This document shows positions 1 through 13,300 of a DNA stretch of 64,000 bases, in pieces. The DNA comes from Octopus bimaculoides (taxonomy: Eukaryota), in NCBI RefSeq assembly GCF_001194135.2, contig NC_068984.1, positions 31,570,589 to 31,634,588 on the forward strand, in the 5' to 3' direction. Made by a program: the position numbers and the translations under genes. The stretch's first letter is position 1. Each line of letters opens with the position of its first letter. The notes under the pieces are model-generated. The model saw only the letters and a program-made list of their open reading frames with translations. It was not told the DNA's origin and did no database searches.

Positions 1-146
1 TTCGGCAAAAAGAGACCGATAGAATAAGTACAAGGCTTACAAAGAATAAGTCCGGGGTCAATTTTCTCGACTAAAGGCGGTGCTCCAGCATGGCCGCAGT
101 CAAATGACTGAAACAAGTAAAAGAGTAAAAGAGTAAAAAAGAGTAA
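1..146 (+). mobile_element. 3' end of SINE family A (tRNA-derived, internal microsatellite, AAAGAGT-repeat tail), cut by the window edge
   Basis: Matches the 3' part of the fuller copies at 11166-11540 and 38908-39320 (gactaaaggcggtgctccagcatggccgcagtcaaatgactgaaacaagtaaaagagt). Confidence 0.85.
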
Positions 147-1837
147 GTTATATAAGCCTACGATCGTTTCCATATCAATCTTCATTCATATCACAATTAA
201 AATTGCATTATGAAATAACGAAGGCAGATATTTCTTCAGGGCGAAAATTTCCGGGTATGCGAACAAAAACACAAGGGTTAAGGATTGGGGTATATAAGAT
301 GCGGGCTATATATGTGGTTATGTACGTTTTAGATGATCATTCATTTGCATACGTATGCAGATGACAGGGCATGATTGTTTGCCGCAAAAAACCGGCGACT
401 GCATGCTAGTTCCTCCGCTATAACACATCGGAACTTTACCCCCATGCTTAAATCGTTTTATAATCTAATTATTGCGCCACGTAAAACTTTTATCAATATT
501 AACGTTTATCTCATTGCGACTTTCTTCTTTACTACTTGCATTTTGACTTTGTGTCTCGCTTTTTCTTTTCGTCTTTCTCTTTTCTTTCATCCCCCCACTC
601 TCTCTGTAATCGCATATGCATGTCTATCATATGGTGGGTATACTTCCTTATAATAAATAGAGAAGTATAATTCTAGCAGGGAAGTGAGACGGAATAACTT
701 AACAGAAAAGTAAGCATTTTAATTTTTAAATGCCCTTGTCGGAGGAGGGACGGCAGCACCTACGATATTTTGATATCACCATGGTGGAGAAAAACGAGAT
801 ATTTATATGCTATCAGGAAACGTGACATGGATGCTTGTGACAGGTTAGAACTCATTAAATACGCTAAAGGACCACATGGTGATGTTACATCAAACGAAAA
901 ATTAAGCCTACTGCCTGAAAATATACAAAAGATTGCTATAATTGATGTCCACACTATTGCCCAAATTAGGGAAAATTCTTCTGATTCTTATCCACAAAAT
1001 TTGTCTCACCATGCCGTGGAGGCCCCAATGCAGTAACTGCGATGTTTCCTACAAAACCATGTTGTTAACTATCTTGTCACGCCTGTCAGATAACGACAGG
1101 TGATTTATTTAATTTGACATAACATCTTATAATATTGTACTTTCTACAGTCACTAGATATATTCCGAATACATTTAAAAGGCTCGTATTTTTGTGCTTAT
1201 CAATTAAATTAATAGTTTCACTGTAATACATTCTTAATGAATTGAGTTTACTATGATTTACTTTAGACACCCGTCAGTCTAACTAACTACACACGCGCGC
1301 GCGCACACACACACACAAACATATACACCATATCAATGTTTTAATTTTCGAAAGCCAGAACAATGCATGGTATAAAAAGTCGATGGATTGCACTTTTACT
1401 AGTTCCACTATCCACCCCTCTCTAAATTGACAGGTTGAGGACAAACTCACTTTAAATTTCTTACATGCTAGTATTTGTGATAAGAAACTTCATTTGATGG
1501 TGATCAGTTGATCAATCAACAAGTACCTGCTCTTTTGTTTATTTGGTAGCCTGGTGAGTTAGCACTTATTTAACATATTATGTAATCTAATTGTATTATG
1601 CTGATATCACAATAAGCACTTCTAATAAGGCAATTGTAGCAATACCAAAATAAGCCATCTGTCAGTATATTTATATATGTATGTATGCGTATATATTAAG
1701 GTATCTATTATACATATATGCACACACATACACACACGCGTACACACACATATACTAAATTATATATTACACACACATGTATACTTATAAGTATATGTAT
1801 CTATGTATGTATGTACCTATATATACATACATACATG

Positions 1838-1883
<46 letters not shown>

Positions 1884-2779
1884 NNNNNNNNNNNNNNNNN
1901 NNNNNNNNNNNNNNNNNNNNNNNNNNNNNNNNNNNNNNNNNNNNNNNNNNNNNNNNNNNNNNNNNNNNNNNNNNNNNNNNNNNNNNNNNNNNNNNNNNNN
2001 NNNNNNNNNNNNNNNNNNNNNNNNNNNNNNNNNNNNNNNNNNNNNNNNNNNNNNNNNNNNNNNNNNNNNNNNNNNNNNNNNNNNNNNNNNNNNNNNNNNN
2101 NNNNNNNNNNNNNNNNNNNNNNNNNNNNNNNNNNNNNNNNNNNNNNNNNNNNNNNNNNNNNNNNNNNNNNNNNNNNNNNNNNNNNNNNNNNNNNNNNNNN
2201 NNNNNNNNNNNNNNNNNNNNNNNNNNNNNNNNNNNNNNNNNNNNNNNNNNNNNNNNNNNNNNNNNNNNNNNNNNNNNNNNNNNNNNNNNNNNNNNNNNNN
2301 NNNNNNNNNNNNNNNNNNNNNNNNNNNNNNNNNNNNNNNNNNNNNNNNNNNNNNNNNNNNNNNNNNNNNNNNNNNNNNNNNNNNNNNNNNNNNNNNNNNN
2401 NNNNNNNNNNNNNNNNNNNNNNNNNNNNNNNNNNNNNNNNNNNNNNNNNNNNNNNNNNNNNNNNNNNNNNNNNNNNNNNNNNNNNNNNNNNNNNNNNNNN
2501 NNNNNNNNNNNNNNNNNNNNNNNNNNNNNNNNNNNNNNNNNNNNNNNNNNNNNNNNNNNNNNNNNNNNNNNNNNNNNNNNNNNNNNNNNNNNNNNNNNNN
2601 NNNNNNNNNNNNNNNNNNNNNNNNNNNNNNNNNNNNNNNNNNNNNNNNNNNNNNNNNNNNNNNNNNNNNNNNNNNNNNNNNNNNNNNNNNNNNNNNNNNN
2701 NNNNNNNNNNNNNNNNNNNNNNNNNNNNNNNNNNNNNNNNNNNNNNNNNNNNNNNNNNNNNNNNNNNNNNNNNNNNNNN
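1884..2779. other. Assembly gap (N) flanked by (TA)n/(TG)n; further gaps at 3554-4463, 13260-13269, 19271-19951, 26232-26241, 27617-27789, 60378-60526
   Basis: N runs seen directly; most abut TA microsatellites or a poly-C run. Confidence 0.99.
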
Positions 2780-2782
2780 ATA

Positions 2783-2814
<32 letters not shown>

Positions 2815-2941
2815 TGTGTATAATTGATATAAACTGCAGGTTGCAATATTTCACCAAAAAGGAGAATTATAAATGTTACTAAATGTGACTAATGTGTTAA
2901 AATAGACCTACATTGCCAGAAATAAGAACTAAAATGTTCTA

Positions 2942-3289
2942 ATGTTGTAGTTAACGCACATAAATGAAAACAAAACAATACACTAACAGGGACCTTAACT
3001 GTCGGAAAGATACCGACCGAGAATTCTTAAGACTGATGTCAGTTTCGGCAATTTCTGTTGCCATCATCAGTTAAGCCAGCCCGGTGTTCGGCTCTTTCCG
3101 GACCTGTTTTTCTAATATTATATATATTTTTTCGTCACCCAAATTAATGGATGCTCTAGCAATTCGCTAATGTCTATACACAAAATTAATATAAATGCTC
3201 AGTCTTAAGAATTCTCGGCCGGCATTTTTCGGACAATTATGGTCCGTGTTAGTGTATATATTTTCATTCATCTGCGTTAACAACCGCAT
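2942..3289. mobile_element. MITE-like element with ~98 bp terminal inverted repeats and possible TA target duplication
   Basis: 2939-3036 aligns with the reverse complement of 3199-3292 (e.g. ccgagaattcttaagactga / tcagtcttaagaattctcgg); TA at 2940-41 and 3290-91; no ORF. Confidence 0.6.
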
Positions 3290-3451
3290 TAGCGCACGAA
3301 AATACCGGATGAACCAACAGTCCGACATGATGTGCAGACGAAGGCAGCGGAATCAAACTCCCTTATACACCAAACGGGCCAACAGGTGGGATAAAGGCGC
3401 ATACAGGAGTAATGATGTGAAACACCCCAGACTGAGGAAATCGGAAAGACC

Positions 3452-3510
3452 ACGGTGGTGCTCCAGCATGACCACAGCCGCATGGCTGAAACGAGTAAAA
3501 GAGTAAAAGA
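3452..3510 (+). mobile_element. SINE family A 3' fragment
   Basis: ggtgctccagcatgaccacagccgcatggctgaaacgagtaaaagagtaaaag matches the family tail. Confidence 0.7.
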
Positions 3511-3513
3511 TGC

Positions 3514-3553
<40 letters not shown>

Positions 3554-4463
3554 NNNNNNNNNNNNNNNNNNNNNNNNNNNNNNNNNNNNNNNNNNNNNNN
3601 NNNNNNNNNNNNNNNNNNNNNNNNNNNNNNNNNNNNNNNNNNNNNNNNNNNNNNNNNNNNNNNNNNNNNNNNNNNNNNNNNNNNNNNNNNNNNNNNNNNN
3701 NNNNNNNNNNNNNNNNNNNNNNNNNNNNNNNNNNNNNNNNNNNNNNNNNNNNNNNNNNNNNNNNNNNNNNNNNNNNNNNNNNNNNNNNNNNNNNNNNNNN
3801 NNNNNNNNNNNNNNNNNNNNNNNNNNNNNNNNNNNNNNNNNNNNNNNNNNNNNNNNNNNNNNNNNNNNNNNNNNNNNNNNNNNNNNNNNNNNNNNNNNNN
3901 NNNNNNNNNNNNNNNNNNNNNNNNNNNNNNNNNNNNNNNNNNNNNNNNNNNNNNNNNNNNNNNNNNNNNNNNNNNNNNNNNNNNNNNNNNNNNNNNNNNN
4001 NNNNNNNNNNNNNNNNNNNNNNNNNNNNNNNNNNNNNNNNNNNNNNNNNNNNNNNNNNNNNNNNNNNNNNNNNNNNNNNNNNNNNNNNNNNNNNNNNNNN
4101 NNNNNNNNNNNNNNNNNNNNNNNNNNNNNNNNNNNNNNNNNNNNNNNNNNNNNNNNNNNNNNNNNNNNNNNNNNNNNNNNNNNNNNNNNNNNNNNNNNNN
4201 NNNNNNNNNNNNNNNNNNNNNNNNNNNNNNNNNNNNNNNNNNNNNNNNNNNNNNNNNNNNNNNNNNNNNNNNNNNNNNNNNNNNNNNNNNNNNNNNNNNN
4301 NNNNNNNNNNNNNNNNNNNNNNNNNNNNNNNNNNNNNNNNNNNNNNNNNNNNNNNNNNNNNNNNNNNNNNNNNNNNNNNNNNNNNNNNNNNNNNNNNNNN
4401 NNNNNNNNNNNNNNNNNNNNNNNNNNNNNNNNNNNNNNNNNNNNNNNNNNNNNNNNNNNNNNN

Positions 4464-4502
<39 letters not shown>

Positions 4503-5487
4503 CATACATGTATATACATATATATATATGTATGTATGTATGTATACGTTTATATATGTGTATATGCATGTGTGTGCGTCAGCACACAGACAAGCGCGTG
4601 GACACACACATATACGAGAGATAAAGGCTGAAATTTTCTGATTAAACATCAACATTGATAAAAATCTAATTATGAATATTCGATGCACATTAGACATTTT
4701 TTTGTTGCAATCTATAAATTGAAATTCGGCTCATGTAAACCTCATTCCATGACCCTCGAGGGTTTATAAACATGACAGTGTTAATAGAATGTCTTACACT
4801 ATTATCTTTAATCGACCAACGCAATAATATTTTTGCTGAATTTTGGTAACGATTTCTTGCTCTGAATCATGACTCAGTACGTACAAGCCAGCAGAAAAAA
4901 AAATTCTTATTTTACAGTTACCTCCCCCACTTTTATTCTTCATACTTATTGATTCTTTTCCATTTCACGTCCATTACCGAATCTTTTATTATCTAGCATT
5001 TACGCCCTTCCTATTTTCCCTTATATACATTCGTACATACATACCCTTCCCACACCATATATAATGATAATAATATATACTATTTAAACAGTTTGATTCG
5101 GCTCCGTGCAACTTCAAGTTTCGCTGCCCTCTAACGAGAGCCCGTCTCTTTTTTTAGATTGCCGATTGGAAAGATCTAGGAAGTCCACATATATTTATGA
5201 ATGTTTGTGTGTATATTATAGTTGCGAGTTATCCGTCATATGACGGTTAATTTTGACGTATACTTATGTCACTAAAGATAATATCAAGACACATATCTGT
5301 ACATGCAATAATTATGATTCCGCTTTTATCAAATTTTCCATTTACTTCGCCATCTTTTTCTTTCTCTTACTAATCAACACCGTTTTCCTTGCTTAGTTTT
5401 TGTTCCATTTCATGAAACAGCAATTTGAAACAATACTTTACGCCAACAATTGACTGATATTTGTTTCATACAATCTTTTGGTACAAG

Positions 5488-6440
<953 letters not shown>

Positions 6441-7409
6441 GTGGAAAACGTGATACTCGGTTGGTGCAAGGTCTGGTATATATGGTGAATGACAGAGTAC
6501 TTCCAAGTTCCTGTAACTGGAGTAGCGTCCTTTGTGCAACATGTGGTCAAGCATTGTCTTGCAAGAGAATTGGCCTGTCTCTATTGACCAATCTCGGTTT
6601 TTTAATTATAACTTCACTCATCATTTCATCCAACTTGTTGATGTATACATCCGCTGTAATTGACTGACTAGGTCTCATGAAGCTGTAGAGGATGACACCA
6701 GAGCTGGGCCACCAAACAAACTCTATTTGCTTTTTTTGGTGAATATTCTTTTTGGGTTGTATTTTGGCATTTCGTCTCTATCCAATCACCGTGCAGAAAG
6801 CTTGCTATTGTTGAAAAGAATCCATTTTCTTCATACGTATCAATACGATGCAAAAATGGTTCAATTTTATGCCATGATAGCAAAGAACAGCAAATTTCAA
6901 GACGACGTGTCATTGGATGCCCATTCAGTTCTTGTGATACCTACTTGTCCAGCTTCTTTACCTTGGCGATTTGTTTCAGATGGAACCGAAGCACCAAACT
7001 TTGCTGCTAACTCACGCGTAGTTTGAGGTGTGTTCGCTTACACTACAGATTCCAGCTCATTATTATCCATCTTGGTCTCAAGTCAACCACGGGGCTGATT
7101 TTCAAGAGTAAAGTCACCAGACCGGAACTTCTGAAGCCATTGACGTACAGTGTTCTCATTCACCACATCTTCACCAAACACCTCATTGATGTTTCTAGCT
7201 GTCTGGAAAGCATTAGTTCCACGACGGAACTCATATTCATAAACAACGAGAAAACTCAGAATATAATCAGACACCATGAATTGCAATTCGAAAAGCGATG
7301 ATGTAATTCTTCAATGTTGTAAAACAGAGAATCGTCAGGATAAAACAGAGTTAACGACTGTCAAACTTAGTGCATAAGAAAATCGGACATTTCATTCTTA
7401 ATGACCTGA
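6441..7409 (-). mobile_element. Mariner (DD34D-type) transposon, 5' end to third catalytic motif, degenerate and 3'-truncated
   Basis: N-terminal HTH region YEFRRGTNAFQTARNINEVFGEDVVNENTVRQW.QKFRSGD; LQDNA.PHVA and PYIPDLAPTEYHVF motifs; TIR-like start with TA at 7410-11. Confidence 0.85.
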
Positions 7410-7474
7410 TATATAAATGTTTCGTTCACCATCCTCAAACAAACCTTATTTAGAGACATTTTGATTCGAGTGGG

Positions 7475-7700
7475 CTACTCGACCTGAAAAAAATTCTAAC
7501 TGTGCCCCACCTGTAAGGTCATGTGCTGTTTATCCTGAAATCGCCATGTCGCACACATATTGTTGTGATGCATGTGCGTGGTGTACCCATATCAGACGAG
7601 TAGTCATGATGGATATACTGGGCTTCGTATATTTATACCGCAGTGTCATTTTGAAGGCATACACTACTCTCTCACTCGATAATATTATTAATAATAATAA
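7475..7700 (+). mobile_element. AAT-tailed interspersed repeat family E (SINE or LINE 3' end), copy 1
   Basis: Aligns with 25040-25245 (gttgtgatgcatgtgc.tggtgtaccc.tatcagacg.gtagtcatgatgg) and ends in aataat repeats. Confidence 0.7.
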
Positions 7701-7799
7701 AATTAAGTCATGTGTTATAAATGGATGATTTAAAGATCTTTCACCAGTGTAGATATTCAGTAAGGATATCAGAATGGAATTTGGGACTAAAATGCGTGG

Positions 7800-8173
7800 T
7801 ATACTCATAATACAAAGAAGCAAAGTATATAATATAAAGAGGCAATGTAGTGTCATCTGATGGTATAGAGCTACCCAACGGTGAGAAAATCAAAGATATT
7901 GAGACTAATGGATACATGTATCTGGGAATTTAGAATACGATAAAATCAAAGAAAATAAAACGAAGGAAAGATTTAGGCGAGAATATCTCAGAAGAACCAA
8001 GTTAATCATGGAAAGTAGACTTGGCTGATTTTGAACACAGAACGTAAAGACGGACGACATACCGTTGAGTATTTCAACCGGCGTGCTAATAATAATAGTC
8101 ACTACTGAGGTCCTTGTGACTTGACAGATGACTAAAGACTCCTGTGCATTTTTATCTACACTGTGTTACGAAG

Positions 8174-8176
<3 letters not shown>
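7800..8176 (+). mobile_element. R4/Dong-clade LINE remnant (late RT segment joined to 3' UTR, large internal deletion)
   Basis: IELPNGEKIKDIETNGYMYLGI...RREYLRRTKLIMESRL; 3' UTR ...ctgtgttacgaaggaataataat matches the reverse complement of 5715-5780. Confidence 0.75.
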
Positions 8177-8270
<94 letters not shown>

Positions 8271-8357
8271 AAGAAGAAGAAGAAGAAGAAGAAGAAGAAG
8301 AAGAAGAAGAAGAAGGAGAAGAAGAAAAAGAAGAAGAGGAGGGGGAGGAGGAGGAAG
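8176..8357. repeat. (AAT)n(AAG)n(GGA)n compound microsatellite tail
   Basis: Seen directly. Confidence 0.95.
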
Positions 8358-8474
8358 GAGTCTGGAGAGGAAAAGCGACCAGGTTACAGGATTGAAAGAG
8401 AATTTCAAGAAATATACGGAGAATTGAAAGATTTTAGACAAAAGAAATAGTCAAAAAGGTTTCTTAGTCCCTGG

Positions 8475-8771
8475 TTTTATTGACCCATCACCTTTATAAA
8501 AGAAAAATTCAATTGTGTTTATTGGAGTGTGAAGAATTTTAATGCGTATGTATTTCATAGCCTGTTTTCTTGGCTGAAATTGAATATAAAGTTGAAAATA
8601 GAATGTATCCTATGTTCTGAGTAATTGTTTGTTTTAAAAGAGTAGTGTGGAGGTGGGGGAGTAGGCTGTGTGCATGTATTAATGTGTATCTATTCATATA
8701 CATGCATACACTTACACACATGCGGGTATCTGTGCAGTTTTGTACATGTGTATGCGCGTGTGCATGTATAT

Positions 8772-8846
<75 letters not shown>

Positions 8847-8886
8847 GTGATAAATACATATATGTATATCATATATCTATACACAC

Positions 8887-8949
<63 letters not shown>

Positions 8950-9224
8950 AAAGTTCACACATATATGCACACGTATATATATATGTGTATGCACCTCAAA
9001 AACGAAGTCTATTCTTCTTCAGCTGATAAGCAACAAGCCTCCACACAACTCTACACCCATTCCTTTAGAATAAGTATTTAATCAGAACGTAGGACACATG
9101 CTATTTTCAACTTTATATTCAACTTCAGCCAAGAAAACAAGCCATAAAATATATGCACATTAAAATTCTTCACACCCCAATAAACACAATTGACTTTTAC
9201 TTATAAAGCTGCTGGTTCAATAGA
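8475..9224. mobile_element. Long inverted-repeat element (arms ~8475-8640 and ~9061-9224) around a CA/TA microsatellite core
   Basis: Left arm ...ttttcttggctgaaattgaatataaagttgaaaatag... aligns with the reverse complement of ...ctattttcaactttatattcaacttcagccaagaaaa...; moderately diverged. Confidence 0.65.
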
Positions 9225-9644
9225 ATCAAAAACTAAAAGATCTATTTCACTGTTTCTTTTGTTTGAAAGTTACAAGATACTCTTCTTTTCCGCTTCCTCT
9301 TCTTTCATTCTTTAAATTTTCTTTACTTCTTCCTCTATTTCTGCTTATAATCCCACTTTACCTGCTTCTTTTACCATTTCCTTTTCTTAGTGTTTTCTTC
9401 GCCATGTTCATCTTTTTCTCCTTCTTATCATTCTCTGTCTTTATTTTGTTTGTTTGCTGCTTTTGCTCTCTTCATGTTATAGCAATATGTAGCCAATACG
9501 CCTCTCCTATGTTGTTTGCAGTCGGCTGATCCAAACCAACTGATCAATGTCTATAATGTATAAGCCTTCTAGTACATAAAAGTGAAATAGAGACTCCTGG
9601 TAACGAATCACACAGAACTCATCTTTGAATATATATATTAATGT

Positions 9645-9900
9645 ATTCTTTTATTCTTTTACTTGTTTCAGTCATTTGACTACGACCATGCTGGAGCACA
9701 GCTTTAGAGGGTTTTTAGTCGAACAAATCGATTCCAGGCCTTATTTTTTCAAAGTCCAGTACATATACTATCGGTCTCATTTTACCGATCCGTTAAATAC
9801 AGCGAACTAAACACACCAACACCGGTTGTCAAGCGATGATGGGGAACAAATAATGAGACAAAGACACAGACACACACATACACACACACACATACACACA
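9645..9900 (-). mobile_element. SINE family A, 3' half
   Basis: Reverse complement of the family tail (cttttacttgtttcagtcatttgact..ccatgctggagcac) running up to the internal CA microsatellite. Confidence 0.8.
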
Positions 9901-9910
9901 CACACACATA

Positions 9911-11160
9911 CAGGGTGCAATGGGTAAATTGTCACCATATTATATTTTTTATTTCGCGCATGCGCATAGTTTGTTTTTGATTTTGTCGACTACACAGTAT
10001 AATAGGGCCAGTTGGGCACTGTCTGCGAAAAAATAGCACCATGACGCAATTCACTTTGCCAGAAATTTGGAAATGACATGCTATATTGCTTGGCATTCGC
10101 GCCAGAAGCTCAAATACAAACATTTCAGAGTGTTTGGGTGTCAACCTGAGGACAGTTCAGAGGATTCGGAAAGAGTTGGATGAGGCTAATGGGAATTACG
10201 AAGGAACGGCAGCTCGGAAAACTCACTCTGACTCTTCTGATAATAAAAGAACTCTTGAAATTATTGGTGAGCTCCAGGCCATGATTGACAACGATCCCTC
10301 CAAATCAATCAGGTCCATCGCCAGGCACTTGAGAGTGTCTAAGTTTCTTATCAGGCAGGTAGTGCATGACGACATTCGGTATTCCTCATACAAAATAAGG
10401 GAGGGCCGATTTGTTTCCTAAGCCATCAATAACAAGAGGAAAGACCGCGCTACGAAGCTTTTAAAGAAACTCAAGCATCCCCTCCAATCGAACATGCTTT
10501 GGTTTTTCCCAGACGAGAAACATTTCTGTCAGGATCACACAGAACAGCCGTTGGCTTACCATGTCCCCAAAACATGTACCGAGAGTGATAAAAATCAAAT
10601 ATCCAGTCAACATCATGGTGTTTGCAGTGATCACTAGTGATGGAGACGTTATGCTTCCATCTTCCCACAGAGCTTCAGACTCAATACAGAGGCCTACATC
10701 AAGAGCCTGTAGGAGGTAGTGTTGCCCTGGGTGAAAAGAGTGGCTGCTGGAAGATTATGTCTGGCAAGAACTCTGTCATGGCTGTCAGACAATTTCTGCA
10801 ATCACATCACCCCTAAAATCTGACCACCTAACTCCCCAGATTGCAACCCCCTTGATTATTATGTGGGGCGCAGTCGAGAAACCAACAAAATTCCTTGAAA
10901 CACTAAAGACGAAATGAAGGCAAGGATTATGGCAGCATTCACCAACTTAAACAAGGAGACCGCCCAAAAGGACTGCAGGAGATTCCGAAGTCGTCTGGAG
11001 ACCGTGGTTGTATGCAATGATGATTTTATTAAATGACTTTACTGCTTAGTATTTCAAGATATTTCTATGTAATCCTGGTAAATATATCTGTTAAAATGTG
11101 ATGTCAGTATTTTTTAAAAGTTTTGCGCGATTTAGACGACAGTTTATTCAACGCACCCAC
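9911..11160 (+). mobile_element. Tc1/mariner DD37D (maT) transposon, near full length, frameshifted
   Basis: Starts TA|cagggtgcaatgggtaaattgtc; HTH region TVQRIRKEL, FPDEK (first D), PPNSPDCNPLDY; DD37D spacing counted in the sister copy at 58338-59393. Confidence 0.85.
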
Positions 11161-11165
11161 TATAT

Positions 11166-11535
11166 AGGGGCAAGCATGGTTATGAGGTAAGAAGCTCGCT
11201 TCCCAACCATGTGGTTCTGGGTTCAGTCCTACTGCGTGGCACCCTGGACAAGAGTCTTCTACCGTAGTCTCAGGCCGACCAAAGCCTTGTGAGTGGATTT
11301 GGTAGACGGAAACTGTAAGAAGCTTGTCGTATGTGTGTGTGCGTGTTTCTGAGTTTGTCCCCCACTATCACTTGACAATCAATGGTGGTGTGTTTACGTC
11401 CCTATAATTTAGCGGCTCGGCAAAAGAGACATAAAATAAACAAAAGGGTTATAAAGAATAAGTCCTGTGGTTCAATTCTTCGACTAAAGGCGGTGCTCCA
11501 GCATGGCTGCAGTCAGATGACTGAAACAAATAAAA

Positions 11536-11540
<5 letters not shown>
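11166..11540 (+). mobile_element. SINE family A, full length
   Basis: tRNA-like head with box B-like ggttcagtcc, CORE-like ccctggacaagagtcttct segment, internal (TG)n, shared 3' tail. Confidence 0.85.
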
Positions 11541-11575
<35 letters not shown>

Positions 11576-13269
11576 GGCAAATAAAAAAGTGGAAAGGATA
11601 TGAAATCGACAGACCTCAACCGGGAAACATTCCAGCCTTTAAAATGTAATATTAAATTATAAGAATGTAAACCCGTTCTGCTAGGTTTTTTGTTGTAGAA
11701 AAACATATAAGGGGAACTTGTCTGTGGCTTATTTACTTCCCTTCAGAGAAGATATACTCAATCTCCATTTCTAATCGGTACTACTGAAATTCTGCTGGTG
11801 CATAAAGCAGTTTGGAATTAGACTATTACTGCGGTGGATAGCTTTAATTTTAGACGCCTCGTGAACAGATTTCCTAAGTCTGTTTTGTATAGCCACAAAA
11901 TGAATGGGAAAGCGGCTTGAGCGTCGTTCCTCAATATTTCATCTTCCACGTATTTCAACTAAGTATCACGACATTAATACAGAGCAGTTCATCCGAATAC
12001 TGGTATCCAAATCGTCTTTACAACAAGTACCTCAAAGCTTTTCCCCTCTACCGGTGCTTTACAACGTTTACTGGAAAACATAAAAATAGTCTACGTGACT
12101 TCTGTAGCGTCACTTAATTTGGAAGACAACCCCTCGGATCAAAAGCCACCACAACAAGATATCAACCAATGAAAGCATAATACTGAGCAAACATAATCTT
12201 GAGGTGGACTTTTTGAATCCTTTGGATATTTTATGCAAGATTGAAAGTACAACAGCTTAATAAAGGAGTTAAAAGCAAGTCTCTGCCTGGCCTCATCACA
12301 GATGATGAAGTTGAATATCGCATAAAAAAAAGAAATTCCATAAGTTGCTCTACGAAGCCTAAACTGTACAACTTCCGGGGAAAATTCCTATCTTTTTTCT
12401 ACGGGTGCAAAAGTAAGTTCGATAATTTCAACTGAGAGACGAGGAAAATCTGTTTTCGAGCTCAAATACTTTAGCAGGCTGTTACCATTTTGTACACAGA
12501 ACACGAAACGAACAATTTGGGAGCAAGTCACAAAAAAAAAAAGAACACTGATAAGCAGAAAACTATATTACAAAACTGAAAGGTCAAAATTGCATTTTTT
12601 AAGGATATTAATCTCGCTTACATATCCTGTCAAGACCAATCATCAAGGCACAGTTTAAGGAAGGCGAAGTACAGGCAGGCAAAATATTCCTTGTCCCCAA
12701 AACATGAAAAACTGGACAGGCTTCAAAACCGGAGTACGCCTGCGTGTAACAAAGGGGAGAGAGGGGAAGTGGTTGCTAACAGCCAGGGCATCTATTGTGA
12801 CACTACATCATCAAGGATGAAGACGTTGAATGATAAACATCGTGTATATGTGTGAATGTATGCGTACGTGTATGTATCAAGCGTGGTGATTATTATTATT
12901 TTTTTTGGATGGTTCTATTTACTCATTTGACCACAATAATCAGTTTATTATTACTAAATCCCAAAGGTAACAGGCAAAGACTATATGTGAGCGTGAGATG
13001 CATACACACACACACGCATATATGTATATATGTATATATATATGTACTTATATATACATATATATGTATATATATACATATATATATAATTGTTATTCAT
13101 TCACTCCCAACCAATCAACACGATGTTTTTATGGTAATCGATTTTTTGTATGAAGTTGCTGTTGTTGATTTTTTTAATGTTTGTTTTATTGCGATTATAA
13201 CCATAGTGTTCGTTGGTTTATAATTAACATTCTAATAGATTCTTTAGATTGTTTGCTATNNNNNNNNNN

Positions 13270-13300
<31 letters not shown>

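Noticed and set aside
1718-4697. Long ORFs of 340-440 aa in the ORF track
   Set aside because: They read through N gaps and TA/CA microsatellites and are not coding. The same applies at 19251-20048, 27526-27939 and 60089-60658, apart from the real GIY-YIG portions.
11166-11240. tRNA-like heads (also 30480-30555, 38908-38975, 40358-40410)
   Set aside because: They continue into SINE bodies and lack a full cloverleaf, so they are not tRNA genes.
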